From assembly GCF_009914755.1 (NCBI RefSeq), contig NC_060927.1: a DNA stretch of 64,000 bases. The stretch is one strand, 5' to 3'. A program made the translations under genes and the position numbers. Source of the stretch: the human T2T-CHM13v2.0 reference genome, Homo sapiens. The notes beneath the pieces were generated by a model. The model was not told the DNA's origin and ran no database searches. It saw only the letters and a program-made list of their open reading frames with translations. Positions 53,680-64,000 of this stretch are shown piece after piece (the first letter of the stretch is position 1; each line of letters begins with the position of its first letter).

Positions 53680-53711
<32 letters not shown>

Positions 53712-54905
53712 TTCACGCTACTTTTGTAAATATTCTGTAAGCATACAAATATTTCAAAATAAAAAAGTTTTTTGCATGTCTATGTGCTCATGAAACATGG
53801 CAGGCAAAAAACAAGTACAGCATAATGGATTCTGTAATGCTAGAAAATAGATAGTAAAAGAAAAAAAACACGAGCCAGTGTGAAACAACTCCCAATAATC
53901 CGAAACTATTTGAGCAACAAAATAAATAAAAATAATGTTAGATTATAAGTGAAATAATAAAATAGAAACTTGTAAGTCTATGTTTATAAAAGTAAATGTC
54001 CCAATAAATAACTAAATGAGTTTTAAGGAACAAATATGTTTTTACAGAAGAATCCCCAAGAATAAACGTAGAAGGAATGGGAAAAAGAAAAAATATCTTA
54101 GAACATCACATGATAATTGGTACAGGCAAGATCCACAGGCAAATGCTAAAATAAGTGGGTAAAACTTTAAAGAGAAAGAGGATATTTTCATGTCTGAAAA
54201 GTGTATTCATGAAATTTTAAAAAAATAATATGATGGTTTTAACGTATATCCACCAATTCCTTGATGCCCTCCCGTCAAGAAGTAGAGTGTAATTTTCCTT
54301 TTCTTGAGTGTAAACTAAACCTAGTTACTCACTTTTAACATATAGAAAATGAAAATTGGGGGAGTGTAATTTTATAGTTTAGAAACCAAATCAAAACCAT
54401 CCTAACCAGTAATCAAAGTTAATATCACAAGTTATGAATCATGTTTATACCATATTCCTCTGACGTGGTGTGATGAGAAGCGCACTTCGGCTTCATGGTA
54501 TTTTTCTTAAAAACCCAGTAGCCCAGTCTAGTCATGAGAAAACATCAGACAAACACAAACAAAGAGATATTTTCCAAAATGCCTGACCAATACTCTTCAA
54601 AAGTATCCAAGTCATAGAAAATAAAGACTGAGAAACTATTACAGATTGGAAGAGACCAACGAGATAACTAAATGCAATGCGGTATACTGGAACAGAAAAA
54701 TAATATTAGTGGAAAACTAGTAAAATCTGAATAAAGTCTGCAGTTCGGTTCACAGTATTGTAACAATGCTAAGTTCTTGGTTTCAGTAAATGTACAATGA
54801 TATTGTAAAATGCTGACATTGGGAAACAGGGTGAAGTGTATACGGGAACTCTGTACCATCTTCACTACTCTTGGACATCTAAATATTTTCAAAATTGAAA
54901 AAAAG
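53270..54905 (+). mobile_element. Two tandem L1MC-type 3'UTR fragments (53270-53770 and ~53800-54905)
   Basis: Both contain GAGAAAACATCA.A.AAAC, CCA.TACTCTTCAAAAGT and end TATTT..AAAAT.AAAAAAG, typical of L1MC3-5 3' ends. Confidence 0.7.
53511..53710 (+). mobile_element. Monomeric old Alu (AluJ-derived left/right-arm hybrid) with a (CAAAA)n tail
   Basis: GGCTGGGCACGGTGGCTCATGCTTGTAATCC...GGATCACTTGAGCCCAG..GAGGCTGCAGTGA...GAGACCCTGCCTC. Confidence 0.85.
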
Positions 54906-54932
54906 CTTGAGTATCTAAGTCAAAAGACATTA

Positions 54933-55342
<410 letters not shown>

Positions 55343-56569
55343 TTAATACTACTATGTCATCGGTATTTCTAAGATGGGCAGAAATTCAAAAGTTTGAAAA
55401 AACACTTTGTTGGTAATTTTACAAACAGAGCTTCTTATAAATGGATGCTAGAATATAACTCCTCAAATACAAACAACATACGCATTAGACCTCACTTGTA
55501 GGTGCAAAATTTCATTTAATTTTAGTTTATAAGGGATATATTGAATAAACAGTGGTGCAATAAAAGGTCTATGATATAGAGTCATGAAAAAGAATGAGGA
55601 AAATTTCTATGTATTAAGATAAAATGATTTATAGGAAATACTATGTAGAAAAAATCAAGACATTGATTTATTCTTACACAAAATTTAGTGACTCTGGATT
55701 TTATACAATATGTTGCATGAAAATAAAATATGAATTAATCTACCTACACACATATTTGCCTACTGCTTCTAAAATAAACAAAGGAAACATAAGCCAGAAA
55801 GTAATGAAATTCGTTACCTATGTATGGATGTAGAAATGAGGTGGAGCAATAGGAATAAAAACCATATTACTTTGAGTATAATTTTTACTTATTTTTGATT
55901 TTAATCAAGATTATATATTCTAATGTAAAACTAAAGCAGAAAAAAACAGTAACAATTAATCATAGAGATATAGATAAGTCAATACATCAAATTTATAATA
56001 TAGCTACACAGAGAGAAGTATTATTTCAAATAAATTTTGAGTACAGTGTTCTAAATATCCATCCTTTATAGAATACTTTCTACAGACCAAAAAATTTAAA
56101 AAATTTTAAACTACAGAGAAAACTTCAAAATCTATACTTAAATTTATAATAGTAATATACTGGTATTATAATTTGAAACCACTTATGAATATTGTAGAAT
56201 AAGTAATTTAAAATAAATATAGTGTTACTATAAAATGATTTTTCCGTGTTAAAAAGAGTTACAAATATAGAATAAAAAGTTATAAAAAGTTCCATATATT
56301 AAATTTAACCCCAAAATATCAACCCAAATTTATAATTTTTAACAATTTATTTCCTGGCTCTGTCTACTGAAGTGGCCTAGAAGCGATAACATCCTCATAG
56401 GAGTGAAAATACCTAGCACTCAGAACTTTATTTCAAACTGCCACTCCTCTCTAGAAGGAACAGTGTCTAAAAATAATGACTGACTCCAAATCTTGAACAG
56501 GTAAGACACAAGGTGAACCCAAGACATTTTAGTGAGTCACAAAGAAAAAAAAAAAAGGCCTAAATGAGA

Positions 56570-57904
56570 AGTCATTATTATCCCAAATCCATAGTTTACA
56601 TTAAGGTTCACTCTTGGTGTTTATATTCTATGGGCTTGGGCACATTAATAATGACATACATTCACAATCAAAGTATCATGCAGAGTAGTTTCACTGCCTT
56701 AAATTCCTCTGGGATCTGCCTATTCATCCCACTCTCCCCAGTTACCTCTGGCAACCACTGATCTTTTGGCTGCCTGCATAGTTTTGCCTTTTCCAGAATG
56801 TCATATAGTTGGAATCAAACAGTATGTGGTCTTTGTCGATTGGGTTTTTTAACTTGGTAATATGCATTTCAGGTTCCTCCACATATTTTCATGGCTTGAC
56901 AGATGATTTCGTTTTAATGCTGAATAATACTCTATTGTTTGGATGTACCACAATTTATCCATTCGCCTAGTAAAGGACATCTTGGTTGCTTAAAGTTTTG
57001 GCAATTATAAATGAAGCTGCTATAATCATCCATGTGCAGGTTTTTGTGTAGACATAAGGTTCAACTCCTTGAGGTAAATATCAAGAAGCACAATTGCTGA
57101 ATCACACGGTAAGAGTATGTTTCGTTTTGTGAGAAACTGCCCAACTATTTTCCCACATGGCTGTACTATTTTGCATTACCATCAGCAATAAGTGAGAGTT
57201 CCTGTTGCTCCACATTCCCACCCACATTTGTTGTTGTCAGCGTTCTGGATTTTGGCCATTCTAATAGGTTTGTAGTGGTAGCTCACTGATGTTTTAATTG
57301 TGTTTCCCCGATGATATATGATGTGGAGCATCTTTTCATATGCTTGTCATATGTATATCTTCTTTGGTGAGGTGTCCGTTAAGGTCTTTGGTCTCTTGTT
57401 AATAGTATTATTTTTATTGTTCATTTAAATAATTCTTTGTACATTTTGGATAACAATTCTATAACAGATATTTCTTTTACAAATATTTTTCCCAATAGGT
57501 GGCTTCTCTTTCCATTCTCTTGTCATTGTCTTTCATAGGGCAGAAATACTTAATTTTAATGAAGTCCAGATTATCAATTCTTTCTTTCATGGATTGTGTC
57601 TTTGGTGTTGTCTCTAAAGAGTCGTTGCTAAACCTTAGGTCACTAGATTGTTTTCTATGTTATCTTCTAGAAGTTTTGGAGTTATATGTTATATATTTAG
57701 GTCTGTGATTGATTTTGAGTTAATTTTTTTAGAAGATGTAAGGTCTGTATCTAGATCCTTTTTTTTTTTTTTTGCACTTGGATATGCAGTTGTTCCAGCA
57801 CTATTTGTTGAAAAGACTGTCTTCTCCATTGTATTGCCTTTGCTCCTTTGCCAAAGATCAGTTGAGTATATTTATGTGAGTTTATTTCTGGGCACTCTAT
57901 TCTG
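56570..57904 (-). mobile_element. L1MC1/2-like 3' region
   Basis: TCCATAGTTTACATTAAGGTTCACTCTTGGTG...GGCAACCACTGATCTTTT...TTTTGCCTTTTCCAGAATGTCATATAGTTGGAATC, continuing into ORF2 3' sequence. Confidence 0.85.
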
Positions 57905-60900
57905 AAAATATTACTTTTTCATCTTATTGCACATGGATAGAGACATAAAAAATGCCAATCATTTCAAAGCAGCAAAACTGCTCATGTTCTCCTGACTGGT
58001 TAATCTCCCCTCAGAACCAGCTATACATTGCTAGCATGATTATTTTTTCAGGACTTTTAGCCAGAAATTGCTATAAAAATGGGCTTTTAAAACAACTCTG
58101 TTCTATTACTTGATTTGAAAACAAACTAAACCATTTTAAACAGTTACTAAAATAAACAGGAGATTCAATTTCTATGCCCTGGTATAACTCTATATATCAG
58201 AGATGTCAAGAAGCTACATTATCTTTGCACACTATATGCTATATTGATATGCAAGCTTATGACATGCCTTGTTTAAGCAGGGGAAAAACTAGTTTCAGTA
58301 CATTTCTGGACTAAACATTTCTGGGTTAAAGTACAATTTCAGCATCTGAAAAGGGGATCTGTGAGCTATCCATGCTAACATGGGGAAGGTTTCAGAGGAG
58401 GAGCCCTTCCTTCCCTTCGTTGCCATTAGCACAGGTCTCCAGGGCACGTCTTTTCTCCTGGGTTTCTATGTTTGTTTTACTCACTGCCTCTCGTTCCTCT
58501 GCTTACGACATTTTCATGAATAAGCCAGAAGATAGTCAGCACAGAAGCCTCCCTACAACCTGGAAAAAGAAATGAGCTTTCACTTTGAATATCACACAGA
58601 CATACTGAGGTAAGTCATTTAAAAAAAATCAGTAGAATGATTTTTAAAGGAGTAGTGTTATCATAGATATTTCTATTGGCATATTGGCCTAACTTTTCCC
58701 ACTTCTCAATAGGGAAATATGACTTAGCTGTAGTATCAAAACAAGAAATGTCATATGAGCAATTGATAAAGTATCCAGAAGTGTTTTGCCATATATACAT
58801 ATATATAATAAAAAGCAAAAGAAAAGCTAATGGCAATCAAATTTGTTAATTACTGAGACCCTCAAACTTGTGTTAGTCCTTTAATCTTTTACTTGCTGTT
58901 GTATCAGGTAAAAATGCATTTGACAATGAAAGTTACATTTTTATTCCAAGATGTTGCTTGAGCGTCCCGTTGTTTACTATCTGGAACAATCAGGGGCTGG
59001 AACCAATAATAAACCCATGTTATTAAGGAATTGGTCACCTATTCTAGCAGAAATGTCAACGCATGACAAATACATTTCAGAATAGGTTTATTTGAGCAAT
59101 CTTGTTTTCCCATTCTTTAAAATTATTGCCCTCTGATTTATCTTGAATATTTAGCTAATATTCGAATTCATATTAAAAAGTTAAAGAAATGAATGTATTT
59201 TGTTAAAAATCACCATAAAAATTCAGTTAAATAAGCCCCCAAACCAAAATTATCTCTCTCAAATCATACAACAATATTAGCTTAAACTGAGGGCCTGGCC
59301 CTGATTGTATGAAAGGCTTTTATTCAAGTAATCCAAGGAAACAGAGAGGAGCAGTTGTTATTCACCTCACCATGAAAAGGCAGCAGGTGAACAAATACAA
59401 TGATTGTTGTGGAAGAGCAAATGCTAGATGAATATGTATATTTATGAAACGTATATACATATTGAAAATGAAAATGTATATTTAGAAGTAGTCTCCAATC
59501 TCCTAAGTCATATCTAATATACCACTGATTATATTTTTATGAGTTTTCTTATGAAATGAGCAATGCCAAGTGAGTCATAACACTAGACTTCAATATTTGT
59601 AATGTTACATTTTGAGTCCTTCTTTGTTTAATGCATATTACCAGAAGAAAGTGTTTGAAATTACACCTTTTATAACCCATATGCAAAGCAACTTCTCTGA
59701 CCTACAAATTATTTGAGTAATCTTAAAATAATATGATACACAATAAAACTGGAATATCATCTATTGAGTTTTTACAAATATTTTTATTTTTCCTCTATGA
59801 GCTTTTTTATAGCTTATAAATGTTTCCTATAAATCATGATGTTATTTTCTCTAATAATTTAAAAGTGCTACATGAACTATTTCATTGTTTTTTAATCTGT
59901 TCCTTAAGTTAAATAGAAAGTCTTATTAAGAAAATCATTTATAAATTTAAATCCCTAAATTGGTAACCAGTAAAGTATAAACTCATCCTACTTTTATGTT
60001 TTCAAGTTTGACTAGTGTTCACACATAATGATCTTGAGATATAACTGTTTGTAGAGAGAAAATTCATGTATTCTGTATTCTCCAATGCCTTAAAAGTATT
60101 ATGTAGAATGCAACAATAGTGTTCTGCTTAAATTTTATTGTATGATTTTTTTTAACCTGAAGAAACAGGGAATTCCTCAATGCTAAAAATTTAAAATAGC
60201 ATTGGCTTTACTTTTTTTTTATTTAAAGGATGATTATTAAATTGGGCATTTAATCTGGAAAATTCAAATCTAGATACATGGATTGAATTGTCCCTAAGCA
60301 GCAAATGGAGTCTATTTTGAATGGTTAATTTATTTTCAGGCATACACACTTCCTCTGCTATAAAATCCCTCAATTTGGTCCAGTTCCATCTGTCTTTCTT
60401 GTTTGTTTTAAGTGACTGAAATAAAAATAATCACAGTTCAAGCTTTCCTTACCTACACAGGGAAGATGGAAAGAGGGTACACTGTGGTGCCAGTCTGGTA
60501 ATCATTGATGAAAAACTGTCAGGGAAGAGCAGTCATCTATGTTTGTTCAAGGAAAGCTGATCCTGGGAAACAATATTAAATATTTTATAGGCCAGAAGTC
60601 CTACTTAAGGATTAAAAAAATCAATAAACATTCCACCCAACATGTTTGTTGTAATAACACGGCATATATTGCTGACCATACATCATCACTTTCTCTTGCC
60701 TCCAGTGCTTCATTCAAACATTTGCGCATTTTTCCCTGAGCACTAAATAACAGAATCATTAACAACATAATAATCAGCTTAGGATCAGTAGATATGTAAC
60801 TAAAATTATTTAATGACACATTTCTTTAGAAATTGTAACTGTACTAAAGTCCATTCTTCTCTCTGAAAAATTTATTTTGATCACTAGAGCTTGTAGACAC

Positions 60901-61324
60901 TAATATGTGACTGCAAATATAAGAGTTGTCAAACATGAAAATTTGTATGTACACAAAGGATTGAAAGAAATCTTTTAAAACATGAATTTGGTTTCTATGT
61001 CTGGAGGTGGATACTAAAAAGTGTAAAACATGATCCCTGGCACTTAGTAGTTGATGATCTGGTTGGAGGAACCCAGGAAAGTACATGGGAAATAAATGAT
61101 TAATGGCAAAACCAGAGATAATAACAATAATTTCCAAAGGAGTTTCAGAAGGTGAAAAATGTAGGTTAACACCTCAATGAAGGCCGTGGGTATTTGAGAG
61201 GAATTGTAGCATTATGTGGACACCCAAATAGGATCTGAACAAATTGAGGGGAAAAAGAGGATCAGTTCAAATGTCACCTCCAGAGCTACTAGCTTCTTCA
61301 GGTTTCCATCTAATGCTTTCCAAG

Positions 61325-61505
61325 CAATGGCACTTGTTGCAATATATTGTAGTTAATTGCTTACTCCCTCTCCCCTTCCCTCCCCCTCCCAACACACTCT
61401 GCTTACATCCTTATGAACTACTAAAAGGCAGAGCAAGATCTTCATTTTTGTATTTCCAGAGTCTGAAGGTGCTCAATAAACATGTGTTGAGTGCATTTTT
61501 GAGTG
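61325..61505 (+). mobile_element. L2 3' end
   Basis: TATGAACTACTAAAAGGCAGAG...TTTGTATTTCCAG...GGTGCTCAATAAACATGTGTTGAGTG. Confidence 0.6.
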
Positions 61506-63150
61506 ATTACAAAGCAATACAAGCAAAAGCACAGGGCAGAAATAAACACAGCATGTTCCGATTTCATTGAAAGTACTAGCTGTGCAGAAGAAAGCATTTT
61601 ATGTTGCAGATAATAGAAGATACGTCAAAATAGTTCAGGAGAAGTCAGATCTTTGAGGACCTTGCTTGTCTAGATGAGCATTATCTTCTCTTTGCTGGAT
61701 TCATGACTCTAATTTCTCTTGGTCAACCCAGTCCCATTATCTCCCAACCTTCTGTGACCAAAAGGTAACACTAATGAGATCTGAGATCCTCCTTTGGTAT
61801 CAATCCTTAGACTTCATTCTGCCCCCTATCTGTGACATACACAAGGTGAATTTTATAAAGATTAATCTGGCCAAGTACAGAATGAGTTAGAGAAATAAGA
61901 GCTATTGCAAAAGACCTGTCTAGAAGACAATTCTGGAGAAAGTTTTAAGGAAAGCCACTATAGAGGAATAATTTAAAAAATTGGTATTGATAAACTGTAA
62001 TATAGGATATAAAAGAAAGGGGAGCAGTTAAATAAACTCCAAATTTCTATGAGAGAGTAACTGTGCTGCTGACAGATGTAAATGTAGGAAGAAAACTCTA
62101 ATGGGTATGCTACAAGGAAAAGATGGCAAGTCTGTGTAAGGCATGTGGAGCTGGGGATGATGCATTGACACACAGTGGAAATATCTTAGAAATATGAGGA
62201 GGTACACGTGGAAGTAGAAATGACAATCTAAATATAGTGAAAGTTGACACTGCGACTATGGGTAAGATTTTAAACACGGAAGAGAGCTCTGGACCAGGAA
62301 TTTTAAAAGTATCTGAATGATATGAGTGTTTTTAAGTCGCTCAATCTCTTCTCTGTAGATTGAGGATAATACCTCTTCTCTTTACCTCATGGGGAAGATT
62401 TAAAAATGAAATGGGGATAAGACTATTTAATAACATAAAGCATTTTGTATTATTTTATGTTTATTTAATATTTTGTGGGAAACACAATAATCATAGCAAC
62501 AAAACTTAATTGGAACAATTGCTAAACTCAAGAAAGTCACGTGGTTTCTTAGTAAGTGTAGACAGTAATTCATTTGCTCTCTTGTATATAAATTGTCTAG
62601 ATTCATTTTTGCTTCTCATGTATGCAGTGAAAACAGTGCTCATAACTAAGTAGATGTTTTAGTGAAATATCCTACCATGGCCACATTTAATATATTTCTC
62701 CAATGCACTGAACTTTTGTTCCCAGTGTCATGAAATGTAGTCCACAGAATAGTGCTCTCATCTTATACGTTACACATACCCTCATTGTTTACAGCTAGTT
62801 AAGTATTTATATCTGGAACTTCTCTTTGATGAGCCCTTTGACATTTTACTCTTCTCATTTTCAGAAGTTCCCTTTCTTCTTCCTTCCCTGACTTCTTTTG
62901 TCCTGGAGCTCCATTTCAATCTCCCAACCTTTGTGAGCTCATCTCTGATGTCTCATTAGCATTTTTCCTACAATTTCTCAGGGATCTTAACACTTAGGCA
63001 ATTTTTGCATTTCTTCAAAAAATTTAAATATTTGAGTAAGTAGCTAAATATTAACAATGCATAAATTTTTAATACACATAAAATTAGTAGAAATATGAAC
63101 TCTTTTTAGATGATACATTTTAATGTTATGTAGTAGAAACTCTAAGCTGA

Positions 63151-63451
63151 TTTTTAAAAACCTTTTTATTGATACATAATAATTATACATTTAATGGGGG
63201 GTATATGTGATATTTTGATAAATGCATACAAGGTGTAACGATTAAATCAGGGTTACTAGGATATCCAGTACCTCAAACATTTATCTTTTCTTTGTATTAG
63301 AAATACTTTAAATCTCTTCTTTAGCTATTATGACTTATTATTAAATATCATTATTAACTATAGTAACCCAACTGTGCTATTGAACACTAGAACTTATTTC
63401 TTCTATCTGATTCTGTTTGTATTCATTAACCAACTCTTCTTCATCCCCAAC
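63151..63451 (-). mobile_element. L1MA4-6-like 3' end
   Basis: TTTTATTGATACATAATAATTATACATT...TTAACTATAGTAACCCAACTGTGCTATTGAACACTAGAACTTATT. Confidence 0.82.
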
Positions 63452-63923
63452 TGCTGAGACCAGCTCAGTCGGGGAGACCCTAACCCAGCGGTGCTAGAGG
63501 AATTAAAGACACACACACAGAAATACAGAGGTGTGAAGTGGGAAATCAGGGGTCTCACAGCCTTCAGAGCTGAGAGCCCTGAACAGAGATTTACCCATGT
63601 ATTTATTAACAGCAAGCCAGTCATTAGCATTGTTTCTATGGATATTAAATTAACTAAAACTATCCCTTATGGGAAACGAAGGGATGGGCCTGATTAAAGG
63701 AATAGGTTGGGCTAGTTAACTGCAGCAGGAGCATGTCCTTAAGGCACCAATCGCTCATGCTATTATCTGTGGCTTCAGAATGCCTTTAAGCGGTTTTCCG
63801 CCCTGGGTGGGCCAGGTGTTCCTTGCCTTCATTCTGGTAAACCCACAACTTTCCAGTGTGGGCATTATGGCCATCATGAACATGTCACAGTGCTGCAGAG
63901 ATTTTGTTTATGGCCAGTTTTGG
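63452..63923 (-). mobile_element. MER9a LTR (HERV-K9/HML-3), 5'-most bases missing at the junction
   Basis: Reverse complement reads CCAAAACTGGCCATAAACAAAATCTCTGCAGCACTGTGACATG...CCCAGGGCGGAAAACCGCTTAAAGGC...AATAAA...GGGTTAGGGTCTCCCCGACTGAGCTGGTCTCAGCA. Confidence 0.88.
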
Positions 63924-64000
63924 CCAATCATAAGCAAAAAGAACAAAGTTGGAGGCCCCATGTTACTCAACTTCAAGCTATACTACAGGGCTGCAGTAAC
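63924..64000 (+). mobile_element. 5'-truncated L1PA ORF2 fragment (continues beyond the window)
   Basis: CAATCATAAGCAAAAAGAACAAAGTTGGAGG...CTTCAAGCTATACTACAGGGCTGCAGTAAC is homologous to 5014-5090 of the first L1. Confidence 0.85.

Noticed and set aside
53270-54905. Similarity between 53.3 kb and 54.5 kb as a local duplication
   Set aside because: Explained by two homologous L1MC 3'UTR fragments.

Overview
This window is AT-rich, repeat-dense primate genomic DNA, very probably human or ape (AluY/S/J, L1PA7, MER9 and MSTB are present). It reads as intergenic or deep intronic. I find no host protein-coding exon, RNA gene or CpG island; nearly all ORFs in the track are decayed LINE-1 fragments, Alu or low-complexity read-throughs, or chance ORFs. 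It opens with an essentially full-length but dead L1PA7-type LINE-1 (1-6476). The rest is a mosaic of older L1 fragments, L2/MIR/L3, MaLR/ERVL/ERV1/ERVK solo LTRs, hAT MITEs, five Alus and several microsatellites. I see no new gene system. The most unusual signals are genome-repair or rearrangement fossils: (i) a ~135-bp insertion at 39.0 kb that looks stitched together from short pieces of a donor region ~4 kb downstream, (ii) a ~165-bp duplication of apparently non-repeat DNA with a 1030-bp offset at 50.9/51.9 kb, (iii) an AluS/AluY mosaic, (iv) a microhomology junction fusing a MaLR LTR to an L1, and (v) a left-arm/right-arm recombinant Alu monomer. Subfamily names come from my recollection of consensus sequences, not from a database search, and the boundaries of old repeats are approximate.
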